From the NCBI GenBank assembly GCA_046075565.1, contig JBJTQJ010000105.1:1-54511 (forward strand): DNA of 54,511 nucleotides. The letters run 5' to 3'. This DNA comes from Verrucomicrobiales bacterium (GTDB lineage Bacteria > Verrucomicrobiota > Verrucomicrobiia > Verrucomicrobiales > SLCJ01). The notes under the pieces are model-generated. The model did not search any database, was not told where the DNA came from, and saw nothing but the letters and a program-made list of their open reading frames with translations. A program made the translations under genes and the position numbers. Positions 27,336 through 37,593 of the stretch are shown here, piece after piece; within the stretch, counting starts at the first letter, position 1, and each line of letters begins with the position of its first letter.

Positions 27336-27959
27336 TCAAAGCTCATTGCCGGATTGCGGTGGATTGTCACCCGAAACCGGACGTCCGTAAATCCGCCGCG
27401 CCAGGGGGTGGATGGCTGGGGGAAGGTGTTGCGGAGCGGAGATTCCACCGGCCAGTGACGAGCGGATGGCCGTGGCGCTGGCCGGGTGAATGGTTTGCAG
27501 AAACCGCGCGCTCCAGCCGGGGCGAGGGACGGGTGCCAGGAGCGGAGGTCGGGGAAAAACCAGGAATTCCAGCGATTCGCGGAGGATCTCGGGTTTCGCC
27601 CACTTCTCGATCACCTCCCATTGGTCGGCACCGAGAATCCAGAATAGCCGAGCGCCCGGAAAGGACTCCCGGAAGTGGAGCGCGGTTTTCCACGAATAGG
27701 ATGGGGGTGCTTGGTGAAGTTCCCAGTCGGAGAGCTCGGCCCAGTCGAGTCCGCGCGTCGCGAGGCGAAGCATCTCCAACCTTTCCCGATCCGTGGCCAA
27801 GGTCCACTGGTCGGACTTATGCGGGCTCAGGCGGGCGGGCAGAAAAATGATCCTGTCCAGACCGGCGGACTTCCTCGCCTCGTCCGCGATGGCCAGATGG
27901 CCGTCGTGAACGGGATCGAACGTGCCACCGAAGAGGCCTAGTCGGGCATTGGATTTCAT
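27336..27959 (-). CDS. nadD: Nicotinate-nucleotide adenylyltransferase
   Basis: GLFGGTFDPVHDGH, SPHK, WILGADQW, ASATAIR. Confidence 0.93.
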   Translation of the reverse strand: MKSNARLGLFGGTFDPVHDGHLAIADEARKSAGLDRIIFLPARLSPHKSDQWTLATDRERLEMLRLATRGLDWAELSDWELHQAPPSYSWKTALHFRESFPGARLFWILGADQWEVIEKWAKPEILRESLEFLVFPRPPLLAPVPRPGWSARFLQTIHPASATAIRSSLAGGISAPQHLPPAIHPLARRIYGRPVSGDNPPQSGNEL

Positions 27960-28029
27960 CTTGCTGGGATATACGCAAGGAATTTTGCATGAATTCGGGG
28001 ATTTTCCATCCGTGCTTGCGGGATGCGCG

Positions 28030-28677
28030 ATGCGGCGGCAACATTCCCCGGTGCAGCCTTCCCCCCTTCATGCGCGCCAACCGGTGCGCGAAACCCAATT
28101 CGTGGCGATTGATTTTGAGTCGGCCGGCGCGGCACCCGGCCAAACCGATCAAGTCGTCCAGATTGGCTTGGCGACTTGCACCGGGCTTGATTTTTCCAGC
28201 GTGGAAACTTACCGCTCCTATGTGAAACCGGAATCGGAGGTGGCCTGGACAGCCTCACGCGTGCATGGCATCGATATGAGGATGGTCGAAGCCTCTCCGT
28301 CATTCCGCAGTCTCTGGCCGGAGGTCCGGGAAAGAATGACCAACCGCGTGGTCGTGGCCCATGGCGCGGCGACCGAGAAACGCCACTTGCGGGCGTTTCC
28401 CCTGCATGGGTTCGGTCCGTGGGTGGATACCCTCGTGCTCGCGCGCAAGGTTTGGCCGTTGGCTCCGTCCCACCGTCTCGGGGAATTGATTGGCGGTCTC
28501 GGGAAGGCGGAGGAACTCCGGAAATTCTGCCTCGGCTTGCATTGGCACGACGCCCTTTTCGATGCGTTCGGCGCTCTCGTTCTCCTCAAGGCGATTATCG
28601 ATCGAGCGGGCCTCTGGGACCACCCGACTGCCGATTTGGTGCAAGCCCGGCTTGCCGTGCCACGCCAAACACGCTAA
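28030..28677 (+). CDS. DEDDh 3'-5' exonuclease (DnaQ-like); start uncertain
   Basis: AIDFES, VHGI, VVAHGA, VDTLVLAR, HDALFDA. Confidence 0.85.
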   Translation: MRRQHSPVQPSPLHARQPVRETQFVAIDFESAGAAPGQTDQVVQIGLATCTGLDFSSVETYRSYVKPESEVAWTASRVHGIDMRMVEASPSFRSLWPEVRERMTNRVVVAHGAATEKRHLRAFPLHGFGPWVDTLVLARKVWPLAPSHRLGELIGGLGKAEELRKFCLGLHWHDALFDAFGALVLLKAIIDRAGLWDHPTADLVQARLAVPRQTR

Positions 28678-28691
28678 TTCTTTCCACCCAC

Positions 28692-29324
28692 ATGCAATTC
28701 CGTTGCCTGGTATTCGATTTCGATGGCACCCTCGCCGACACGCTCGAGGAGACGATGATTATCTTGAACGAACTCGCCGAGGAATACGGATTCCGGCGTT
28801 TCCGCCGCGAGGACATGCAGGAGGCGAAACACATGACCGTGGCCGAGTTCGTGCGATTTCTCGGGATTCCCGCATGGAGGGTGCCCCGTCTTCTGACGAA
28901 AGGCAAACGCCGCCTGACCGAACGTCTGGCCACGATCCGGCCCATTCCCGGCATTACCGAGGTCTTGCCTCGACTATCGGCTACCGTAGAGCATCTCGGC
29001 ATCCTCACGTCGAACTCCGAGGACAACGTATCGATTTTCCTCCGTTCGCATTCCATTGAGTGTTTTGAATTTGTCAATTCCACGCCAAAACTCATGGGCA
29101 AGGCCCGGTATCTCCGGAAAATCCTCCGCCAGTATGGATTGCGCAGCGAGGAAATGCTCTATGTCGGGGATGAAATCCGCGATATCGAGGCAGCGCACGA
29201 GTCGGAAATTCCGGTGGCGGCCGTGACCTGGGGCTTCAATTCCGCGGCCGTGTTGGAAGCCGCTACACCGGACTATCTCATCCGCCATCCCTCTGAGTTG
29301 CTCGAACTCTGCGGTGGCAAGTAG
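28692..29324 (+). CDS. HAD-superfamily hydrolase (phosphoglycolate phosphatase-like)
   Basis: FDFDGTLADT, ILTSN, YVGDEIRDIEAA, VTWGFN. Confidence 0.9.
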   Translation: MQFRCLVFDFDGTLADTLEETMIILNELAEEYGFRRFRREDMQEAKHMTVAEFVRFLGIPAWRVPRLLTKGKRRLTERLATIRPIPGITEVLPRLSATVEHLGILTSNSEDNVSIFLRSHSIECFEFVNSTPKLMGKARYLRKILRQYGLRSEEMLYVGDEIRDIEAAHESEIPVAAVTWGFNSAAVLEAATPDYLIRHPSELLELCGGK

Positions 29325-29349
29325 TGCGCGACGCGGTCTCGAATGGTAA

Positions 29350-30660
29350 TCAAGGAGCGGCGTCGCCCGCGGGTGGCAGCACTTTGACTTTTGCTGCTCC
29401 CTTCACTTCGATTTGATCAGGAGCATCGTCCGGTCCGGACTTTCCGCCATTTTCTTCGATTTGATAGGGCAGGGGACCGGGATGGATTTCGACATCCGCC
29501 CTTTCCGAGTCGATTATCCACCTTCTCGGGCCGTGAGCTGGTGGCGAGGTCGGAAGATACAGGCGCACGATACCTTCACCTTGGGTAAGGCGCAGCAGTC
29601 GCATCTCCGAGCCTGCGAATCTGGCCTTCAAGGTCTGATTGATTTCGGTGTTGAGTCCGGAGAGGCGTTGTTTCAGTTCGAGGCGGGTGCCTCCATCGGT
29701 TCCGGTTTCCTCTTTCCAAACCGACTTCAGCCCGCTGCTGGGCAGGCCGAATCCATGGCTGCGGGATTCGATTTTCCATTGCTCGCCGGGCACGATGGTA
29801 GTCTCACCGACGGGTAATTGTAGGCGCAGGTCCACCGGAGCCGTGGGTTTGGCCTGGGGTTGATGGACTTCCTTGCGATCCATGGGTGTGGCCAGGAGCA
29901 CCAGAAAAATCAGAGCTGGCACGAGCAGGAAAATGGCGGAAAGCTTCGGCCATGAGAGCGGTCGGAACTCCGGATTCAGTGGTGGAACCCCATCGACGCG
30001 CAACCAGTGGGCGAGCATCGCAAACGTGATCCACAGCACACCGGCGGCCCAGAGCACGTCGCTCGGAAAATGCCCGCCCTGCACGACCCGCGCCCAACCA
30101 ATCGCCGTGCCATAGAAGGCGGCCAAGGCCAGCGATGCCCAGGCCAAGCGGGGGTGGCTGCGCCGCCAGAAAAACCAGAGGGCGAAAAAGAAATAGCCCA
30201 TCGTGGCATGACCACAGGGAAAACTTTTCCCGGGGCTTGAGGGATCGAAGGTGAGAAGCGGTTCATAAGCATGCAGGCCGCCCAAAGGTTCGACATCCCT
30301 CGGACGTGGCCTCCCCCAATGGTCCTTGAGGATGGCATTGGTGACAAGTCCCGGCCCCACAGCCATGGCGAGCACCAGATAAATCGAGTGACGGCGGAAC
30401 CGCGCCCACTGGGCAACTCTGAAACCCAATAAAAGCACCACCAATGCCCCGAGAACGGCAAAGAGCGCGGGATAGGTGCCGAGGTGGTAAAGCGCGGACC
30501 ACGGAAAATCGTCGCCATGCGGCCACGCTGAATCTTCACGTAATGAATTCATCCAAAGGATGTCGGCCGGCACAAGGCGGAAAAAAATCGTTCCAAGCGC
30601 CAGCACCACCAATGCGGGCAAGAGGGTGAGAAAAAGTGACGGACGGGGACGGTCGAGCAC
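29350..30660 (-). CDS. PAP2-family membrane phosphatase with C-terminal soluble domain
   Basis: KDHWGRPRP, SFPCGHA, ARVVQGGHFPSDV. Confidence 0.88.
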   Translation of the reverse strand: MLDRPRPSLFLTLLPALVVLALGTIFFRLVPADILWMNSLREDSAWPHGDDFPWSALYHLGTYPALFAVLGALVVLLLGFRVAQWARFRRHSIYLVLAMAVGPGLVTNAILKDHWGRPRPRDVEPLGGLHAYEPLLTFDPSSPGKSFPCGHATMGYFFFALWFFWRRSHPRLAWASLALAAFYGTAIGWARVVQGGHFPSDVLWAAGVLWITFAMLAHWLRVDGVPPLNPEFRPLSWPKLSAIFLLVPALIFLVLLATPMDRKEVHQPQAKPTAPVDLRLQLPVGETTIVPGEQWKIESRSHGFGLPSSGLKSVWKEETGTDGGTRLELKQRLSGLNTEINQTLKARFAGSEMRLLRLTQGEGIVRLYLPTSPPAHGPRRWIIDSERADVEIHPGPLPYQIEENGGKSGPDDAPDQIEVKGAAKVKVLPPAGDAAP

Positions 30661-30755
30661 TCGATACCATAGGCGGGCAGCCGTCCGGAGACAAATCCTG
30701 ATAAAAATGAACTCCGGGACTCGACAAACCTCGCAATATCACGCAACATGCAGCC

Positions 30756-31991
30756 ATGGATTTGCCCCCGCGTATCGAGGAGATAGCGTGCCCGACCTGT
30801 GGAGAGTTTTCTCTGCGGGCCCGGTCGGAAGGCCTCGGGGCCGAATGCGCGGCCTGCGGACAACTGGTGATTTTCGACGAGGACACATCGACGGTTGGCA
30901 AGAGACGCAACTACACGCCGGAGCGCACCTTGAAAAAGATGCTCGGTGAACAGCCCGCCCCGCAACCGAGGGATCACGCCCCCGTTCATCTCCCCGATTG
31001 GCCGGCCCGCGATACTCCGCTCGGTCATCGCGGTCCACTGCCGGCGGTCAAGTCCACCGAGGAGGTCCGGCCTCCGGTCGTCGCCTCCCATGCGCTCGAA
31101 TCGGCCCGGAGAGACAATTGGAAAAAGCTCGCCGCCCTAGCCGCCATGCTTGTCGTGGTCGTCGGTGCCGGCCTCTGGGCATGGAGCGAGCGCGCGAGCG
31201 GACGAAACGAATCAAGCGCGCTTCCCATCACCGGTGAACTCGCCGACCCCGCCAATCGGATCCTGATCGAAGGGGCCACTCTGCCGCAAGACGACGCCGA
31301 TGTGGCCGCCGCCCGCAACTTCCTCCAGGAGCAAATCCTGCCTGCCGCAAAGTGGGAGGACTGGATGGCTCATGTCCGCCTGCCCAAGGAACTAGAGCCG
31401 ATCATGCGGGCCTATTATGTGGACCACGAATATCAATCGCTAGTGAAATCGCAGATCCGTTCGGCCAAAATTTCCCGGACGCCCGCAGGCAAATTCGTGA
31501 TCTTCCTGCTTGACCATCCCGTCCAACAGGTCGCCATGGTGGAAATGAGTGCCGATGGCCCACGGCTCGATTGGGAAATCCTCACCAACCAGCCATTACG
31601 CGACTGGGAGGCATTTATCAAGTCACGCCCCTCCGCGCCGACCAACATCCCCGTGGCCATCTGCCGATGTTATGTGCGCGAGGATTACCTGACGCCGGAG
31701 GAGCTCCCCAACCGCTCCGACTATCTGGGCATGCGCGTCAGTATGCCGGGCAACCCGGACCTGCTTTTCAGCGCTGTTCCTCTCGCTTCGCCACTTGGCC
31801 AATGGCTCGCCGCCAAACTGCCTTGGGAGCACGACGACAAGACGATTGTCGCCCGCGCTACCCTGAGTTTCGCCCCCGAACACACGGTCATGCGCGACCG
31901 GGTCATTCTCCATGGTGAGCCGAGCCCCGGCTGGAATCGTGTCTCCGCCGCGCCACCGGCCGGAACCGAGTCTTCACCGTCGTCGCCTTGA
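30756..31991 (+). CDS. Hypothetical membrane-anchored protein with N-terminal zinc ribbon
   Basis: CPTC...CAAC, Pro-rich linker, one TM helix (LAALAAMLVVVVGAGLWAW), C-terminal globular domain. Confidence 0.75.
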   Translation: MDLPPRIEEIACPTCGEFSLRARSEGLGAECAACGQLVIFDEDTSTVGKRRNYTPERTLKKMLGEQPAPQPRDHAPVHLPDWPARDTPLGHRGPLPAVKSTEEVRPPVVASHALESARRDNWKKLAALAAMLVVVVGAGLWAWSERASGRNESSALPITGELADPANRILIEGATLPQDDADVAAARNFLQEQILPAAKWEDWMAHVRLPKELEPIMRAYYVDHEYQSLVKSQIRSAKISRTPAGKFVIFLLDHPVQQVAMVEMSADGPRLDWEILTNQPLRDWEAFIKSRPSAPTNIPVAICRCYVREDYLTPEELPNRSDYLGMRVSMPGNPDLLFSAVPLASPLGQWLAAKLPWEHDDKTIVARATLSFAPEHTVMRDRVILHGEPSPGWNRVSAAPPAGTESSPSSP

Positions 31992-32090
31992 ATCTGAGAG
32001 CAGGCGCGCCCAATCTATTCCTTGGATAGATCGCCCGATGGGTTCGCCGGCAGCCTGCTTGCGGGAGCCTCCGGCGGACAAAAAACACCC

Positions 32091-32166
32091 TGGTGGAGCA
32101 TAGCGGGGTCGAACCGCTGACCTCTACAATGCCATTGTAGCGCTCTACCAACTGAGCTAATGCCCC
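32091..32166 (-). tRNA. tRNA-Ala(GGC)
   Basis: 76-nt cloverleaf GGGGCATTAGCTCAGTTGGTAGAGCG...anticodon GGC...GGTTCGACCCC...CTCCACCA, G3-U70 pair, encoded CCA. Confidence 0.97.
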
Positions 32167-32308
32167 AGGGTTGGTCATACCGTCCGTGGCTGCGGGCGGA
32201 GCGAAAGATACGCGCTCCCGCCGCCTTGCAAAGGAATTTTTGTTCCGATTTGGAAAATCCGGATTTCCTTGCTCGCCGGGCGCGGGGATCTGCGTTTTAT
32301 TCCCCATC

Positions 32309-33721
32309 ATGGAGTTTGTCTTCCAATCAAAAATCAGGGCCGCGCGCTCGCTTCTGGAGGATTGGCACTACCGTCCGGGGGCGTTGGCCCGTCTCACACC
32401 TCCGGGACAACCGGTCGAGGTGCTTGAAGCGGCACCGGAAATCAAAGAGGGAAGCCGCGCGGAAATGAGGGTTCGCATGATGCCGGGGGTCTGGACCAAT
32501 TGGACTGCCGAGCACATCAATGTCAAGCCAGGGGAGGGCTTTACCGATGTGCAGATCCAGGGCCCCTTCCGGAACTGGGTGCATCTGCATCAGTTTCTGC
32601 CCGATCCGGAGGATAACGAATGCTCCCTGCTGCGCGATCACGTGATTTGTGAGCCCTTCGGCGGGGCGGTTGGCAGGATGCTCGCGGCTCCTTTCCTCCG
32701 GCGGCGTCTGAACAATCTCTTCGCCTGGCGGCATGCCCGCACCATTGCGGATGTCGAAGCCCTGCAACGCAATCCGCCCGCCCGACCTTTGCATTTTCTG
32801 ATCACCGGAGCGGGCGGGATGATTGGCCGCGCCCTCGTTCCGTATCTGCTCCAAGCGGGGCACCGGGTGACCACCTTGAGCCGTTCCGCACGCGGACCCC
32901 ATGCCCGCGTTTGGGATCCCGAGCGGGGCCACATCGATCTCGCCGGCTTGGATCCCGTGGATGCCGTGGTTCATTTGGCCGGGGAAAACATCGCACGGGG
33001 GAAATGGACCGCCCGGCGGCGGCGGGCCATCCTTTTGAGTCGGGAGAATGGCACCCGTCTTCTCGCTGACGCCGTGGCAAATCTCTCCCCTCGGCCAGCT
33101 TGTTTCATCAGTGCCTCCGGTGTCTCCGCTTATCGTGCCGATGGGCGACCCAAAGATGAAACCAGCCCTCTCGACACCGCAAGTTTCCTCGGGCATGTCG
33201 TGCAGGCATGGGAGTCGGCGGCCCGACCGGCCAAAGACGCTGGTATCCGGGTCGTGCATCTGAGACTTGGAGTCGTGCTCGGACCCGATGGCGGTGCCTT
33301 GGCTCGACTTCTGCCAATCTTCCGCGCGGGTCTTGGTGGCCCGGTCTGGCACGGCAAGATGGGGTTTCCGTGGATTGCCTTAGACGATGCGATCGAACTC
33401 ATCCATCAGGCGGCGCGCGACAACCGCTACGAGGGAGCAATCAACGGTGTCGCGCCCGAGCCAACAACCAATGCTGATTTTTCCGCAACCCTCGCGAGGG
33501 TCTTGCACCGGCCTTGCATCTTTCCCGTGCCGCGACAGGCCGTGCTCTGGCTCTTCGGTCAAATGGGGGAGGAAACCATCCTCGCCGACCTCAAGGTCCG
33601 GCCTGCGAAACTGGAGTCGATGCGTTTTTCTTATCGTTTTCCCAACCTTGAGCCCGCATTGCGACATTTGCTGCTGGAAAAGCTCCCCATTCCCACTCTT
33701 CCGCAGAAAGCCCCGCCATGA
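32309..33721 (+). CDS. TIGR01777-family NAD-binding epimerase fused to an N-terminal SRPBCC domain
   Basis: FTDVQIQGPFRNWVHLHQF; ITGAGGMIG, VHLAGENI, LRLGVVL, PWIALDD. Confidence 0.88.
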   Translation: MEFVFQSKIRAARSLLEDWHYRPGALARLTPPGQPVEVLEAAPEIKEGSRAEMRVRMMPGVWTNWTAEHINVKPGEGFTDVQIQGPFRNWVHLHQFLPDPEDNECSLLRDHVICEPFGGAVGRMLAAPFLRRRLNNLFAWRHARTIADVEALQRNPPARPLHFLITGAGGMIGRALVPYLLQAGHRVTTLSRSARGPHARVWDPERGHIDLAGLDPVDAVVHLAGENIARGKWTARRRRAILLSRENGTRLLADAVANLSPRPACFISASGVSAYRADGRPKDETSPLDTASFLGHVVQAWESAARPAKDAGIRVVHLRLGVVLGPDGGALARLLPIFRAGLGGPVWHGKMGFPWIALDDAIELIHQAARDNRYEGAINGVAPEPTTNADFSATLARVLHRPCIFPVPRQAVLWLFGQMGEETILADLKVRPAKLESMRFSYRFPNLEPALRHLLLEKLPIPTLPQKAPP

Positions 33722-35634
33722 TCTCCCGGACCCATCTCCTCCTCCCTCTTTCCTGTGCTGCTGTCATCGCCACGGCCTCGGAACCAAAGAGGGCCTGGAC
33801 GGACGAAGTGATCTACTTTGCGCTCACCGATCGGTTCTTCGATGGAGATGATACCAACAATATTCCCCAAGGCAGCGAACCGGGGTTGTTCGACCCCAGG
33901 CGCCAGGACATTAACCGCTATCATGGCGGTGACCTTCGCGGATTGGAAAAAGCCATTCAATCCGGTTACTTCGGACGTTTGGGCGTCACCGCACTCTGGC
34001 TCACGCCACCGGTTCGGAACGTGTGGAAGAATCCCCATGACTTCGGTGCGATGAAAACCGGATACCATGGCTATTGGGCGCAGGATTTTCTCGACATCGA
34101 CCCACATCTCGTCAGCCGCAAGACCTTGGACGGGACAAAGGACTACCCTGACACGCGCGAGGGAAGACTCTCGCATTACCGTGACTTCATCGCCCTCGCG
34201 CGTTCGCGTGGTATCCGCATCATCCAGGATGTCGTGCTCAACCACGCGGGACCGGTTTTCCACTATGACACCGACGACGATGGAGTCTTTGATCATGAAT
34301 TGGCGGACGAGTGGGTGCAACCCTTCCAGCGGGATGCGCCTTACACCAACGCGCGATGGGCGGAAGTTCCGCCATGGAATTTCCGACGTGCCGAGCCGAG
34401 CGGGCCTGTGACGATTTTCGGCAAACCGCTGTCTATTCGCGGTGCCCCCGGTGACCTCTCAAGTTTCAGCCGCCGGGGCTTCAATCCCGATAGCCTCGGG
34501 AAATCCGACGGTGAGGAAGTCTGGGCCGACTTCACCAGCCTGCGTGATTATGATACGTCCCCCGGAAGCCCGCATTTCGACGCTCTCGTTGATGACTTTG
34601 TCGAGATCTATCGATTCTACATGGAAGAAATTGGCGTGGACGGCCTGCGCGTGGACACGGTCAAACACGTGCACCATGCCTTCTGGGATGCCTTCACCGC
34701 ACGCTTGCGGGCCAAGCTGGGCCCCAAGGCCGCCGACGTCATCCTCTTCGGCGAAGTCTACGATGGCAACCCGGCCGCCCTCGGCAAATACACCTGGCGC
34801 GAGGATGCGGCTTCCAACCCCGCACCTTCACTCGATTCGACCTTGGACTTCCAGTTCTGTTTCGCGGTCCGGGAATTCCTGCGCCAAGCCGGTGCACACG
34901 GTCCCGCTTCCGCCGTTGAGACCGCCCTGAAAACCCGCCTCGATGGAAAAGACACCAATGGACGTGCTTTCTACAACACGAATGCCGGAGCGGATGGCTT
35001 GACATCGATACAAAAGGCCATCTCTTTCGTCGAAAACCATGACGGCCTGAACCGCTTCCGCGTGCGCGGTATCAGCGAAGCTCGGCACCTGCTCGCCCAG
35101 GCAGTACTTCTGACCAGTCCTGGCATTCCCTGTCTGTATTATGGAGCGGAAGCCGCCTTGGCCGACGAACGCGGAGAGCCCGGCAAAGATGGCGAAACCG
35201 GACGGATGACCCTCTTTGCTCCCGGTGCGTTGCGAACGCCCATTGCGGTCGAGGCATCGCGAGCTTTCCAGGTCGTGGCCGGTCTCACGGATCTGCGGGC
35301 ACGCCATCCGGCCCTGCGTTCCGGTGACTGGCGCCCGCTCTGGGCCGACAGCCCGGATCAGGCTAGCGATGATGGCACACTCGTCTACGCGCGTTCCCTT
35401 CCCAACGACCCCGGGTCAACCATGGTGGTGGTCATTCATGCCGGCGAGCGTCCGGGGAGAATCGAAGGAATCCGTTTGCCCGAGGGCATTGAAGGCTGGC
35501 TCCCAATTCGGCTTCCCGGCTACCATACCCCCTCCGTCCCCGAGCGAAGCGGCAACGGGGCGTGGAACCTCGGAAATCTTCCACCGGAGACCGTCTGTGC
35601 TTTCATCGCCAGTCCGGATCCAGCCAAACCGTAG
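33718..35634 (+). CDS. Secreted GH13 alpha-amylase family glycoside hydrolase
   Basis: IYFALTDRF, YHGGDLRG, GYHGYW, DVVLNH, GLRVDTVKH, FGEVY, FVENHD; ATGA overlap with upstream gene. Confidence 0.92.
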   Translation: MISRTHLLLPLSCAAVIATASEPKRAWTDEVIYFALTDRFFDGDDTNNIPQGSEPGLFDPRRQDINRYHGGDLRGLEKAIQSGYFGRLGVTALWLTPPVRNVWKNPHDFGAMKTGYHGYWAQDFLDIDPHLVSRKTLDGTKDYPDTREGRLSHYRDFIALARSRGIRIIQDVVLNHAGPVFHYDTDDDGVFDHELADEWVQPFQRDAPYTNARWAEVPPWNFRRAEPSGPVTIFGKPLSIRGAPGDLSSFSRRGFNPDSLGKSDGEEVWADFTSLRDYDTSPGSPHFDALVDDFVEIYRFYMEEIGVDGLRVDTVKHVHHAFWDAFTARLRAKLGPKAADVILFGEVYDGNPAALGKYTWREDAASNPAPSLDSTLDFQFCFAVREFLRQAGAHGPASAVETALKTRLDGKDTNGRAFYNTNAGADGLTSIQKAISFVENHDGLNRFRVRGISEARHLLAQAVLLTSPGIPCLYYGAEAALADERGEPGKDGETGRMTLFAPGALRTPIAVEASRAFQVVAGLTDLRARHPALRSGDWRPLWADSPDQASDDGTLVYARSLPNDPGSTMVVVIHAGERPGRIEGIRLPEGIEGWLPIRLPGYHTPSVPERSGNGAWNLGNLPPETVCAFIASPDPAKP

Positions 35635-35931
35635 GCTGAAATTCCCATAGAGTCTCCGTCGCGAATCCCCCGGAGCGGACAAACTGAACCGCCGCGAATT
35701 CTCGAAATCGGCGCAAAATCGTCTGAATTCTGACAATTCCAGCCATTATCCGAGATTTTTGTTGCCAAAGGCCCCAAATTTCTGATTTTAGTTGGGAAGT
35801 CTTGAATATTGATCCGTATTACAGATTGCAGGTAGTCCCGGTGGCCGAGTTGGCCAAAATCGGGGGGAGGGGATGCCACCTTTTGGGGGCACCAGCGGAG
35901 ACGAACACACCAATTTCCAGATTCTCAATCC

Positions 35932-37506
35932 ATGATCCAACAACAATCCGAACTGCAGTCCGGCCTCTTTGGGGATTCCCCCACTGGCGCGGAAAAATCC
36001 CCGGCCCGGAAACAAAGCGGCACCAGTGGTCCGACCGTGCGGCGTCAGCCGATCGGTGGACTCGGCATGAAAGCCCCATCGTCCGTGGCCAAGAATTTCG
36101 TGCTCGATACCAATGTTCTGCTCCACGATCCGGGTTGTTTGCAGCGTTTCGCAGACAACCACGTTTGTATTCCCGTGGATGTGCTCTCCGAGCTGGATCG
36201 CTTCAAGAATGAACAAAGCGAGCGTGGGGCGAACGCCCGGGCGGTCCATCGCTCGTTGATGGCCCTTTTCGCCGATCATCCGGAAAGTGTGACCCGCGGC
36301 GTGCCTACCACCGGCGGCGGCACCGTGCGGCTCGTCGTTTATGATGCCTCGGGCGCCGGAGCCCGCGCCCAGCAAAGGCTCGCCGAATTCCATCGCGTCC
36401 TGCCCGACCGCGAGCGCGTGGACCACCGGATCCTCGCCTGCGCCTTGCTCATCCAGGAAGCGAATCCATCACCCGTACTTCTGGTCACCAAAGACCTGAA
36501 CATGAATCTCAAGGCCAAGGCCGTGGGACTCGCCTGCCAGGATTACCTCAACGACAAGGTGGACGCGCGTGACGTCAGTTCCTATGAACCCCGCCGCATC
36601 GATGCCACCCCCCAGGAGTTGCAACGACTTGCCAGTTCCGATGAACTCGTTCTCGATGCCTCCCGCATCAAGGGCGTCGTGACCAACCAATACGTCCTTC
36701 TCTGCGCCACTGAAAAACACACGCTTCCGGCGAGGCTCGACCGCAACGGAAAATTGCGCCGCCTTCATCTGCCCGACGGACTCCGCATCCCGAATGGAAT
36801 GCATGTGAAACCACTCAACCTCGGGCAACAGTGTTTCCTCGATGCCATGCTCAATCCTGAGATCAGTTTGGTCACGTGTTACGGTCAAGCGGGCACGGGC
36901 AAAACCCTCATGGCGGTCGCCGCCGGATTGGCCGGGGTTTTCGACCGCCAATACGTAGGACTGACAATCAGCCGGCCCATCGTGGCCATGGGAGAAACCG
37001 TCGGGTTCTTGCCCGGCACCCTTGAGGAAAAAATGCACCCGTGGCTCCAGCCGATCTACGACGCCCTCGAGGTCGTGCTTCGTCCCGAAGGCCGCCCGCC
37101 CGGTGGTCCCTCGCGCAAACGCGGCAAGACCGAAGGAAGCAGCCCGCTGCCTTTGCCCGCCGCCGGTCCGAAAGTTTACGAGCCGCTTCTGCAGCAAGGT
37201 ATTGTGGAAATCGAGGCTCTTTGTTATATCCGCGGGCGTTCCATCCCCAACCGGTTCTTCGTTCTCGACGAGGCGCAGCAGCTCACGCCGCTCGAAGCGA
37301 AGACCATTGTCACCCGCATGTCACGCGGTTCGAAGCTCATCCTCGTCGGCGACCCCGCCCAGATCGACAATCCCTATGTCGATAGTCGAAGCAATGGTCT
37401 CGTTTACACGCGCAAGCGCATGCAAGGCCAGCCTTTCGCCGCCCACGTGAGCCTCAACAAAGGGGAACGGAGCGAACTCGCCGAGGCCGGAGCACAGCTC
37501 ATGTGA
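35932..37506 (+). CDS. PIN-PhoH family protein
   Basis: PIN VLDTNVLLHDP, LVTKD; Walker A GQAGTGKT; IRGRS, LDEAQ, GDPAQID. Confidence 0.92.
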   Translation: MIQQQSELQSGLFGDSPTGAEKSPARKQSGTSGPTVRRQPIGGLGMKAPSSVAKNFVLDTNVLLHDPGCLQRFADNHVCIPVDVLSELDRFKNEQSERGANARAVHRSLMALFADHPESVTRGVPTTGGGTVRLVVYDASGAGARAQQRLAEFHRVLPDRERVDHRILACALLIQEANPSPVLLVTKDLNMNLKAKAVGLACQDYLNDKVDARDVSSYEPRRIDATPQELQRLASSDELVLDASRIKGVVTNQYVLLCATEKHTLPARLDRNGKLRRLHLPDGLRIPNGMHVKPLNLGQQCFLDAMLNPEISLVTCYGQAGTGKTLMAVAAGLAGVFDRQYVGLTISRPIVAMGETVGFLPGTLEEKMHPWLQPIYDALEVVLRPEGRPPGGPSRKRGKTEGSSPLPLPAAGPKVYEPLLQQGIVEIEALCYIRGRSIPNRFFVLDEAQQLTPLEAKTIVTRMSRGSKLILVGDPAQIDNPYVDSRSNGLVYTRKRMQGQPFAAHVSLNKGERSELAEAGAQLM

Positions 37507-37593
37507 GCTGTTAGAGAAACATCATCGATTTCAAGCCGTTAGGATAGCGCCTTGGGTTTTGGCCGAGGACTTTCTCCATCGACGCGTTGTCTC

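Noticed and set aside
32091-32166. tRNA-Ala as a genomic-island integration site
   Set aside because: No integrase nearby and I saw no duplicated tRNA 3' end in the window
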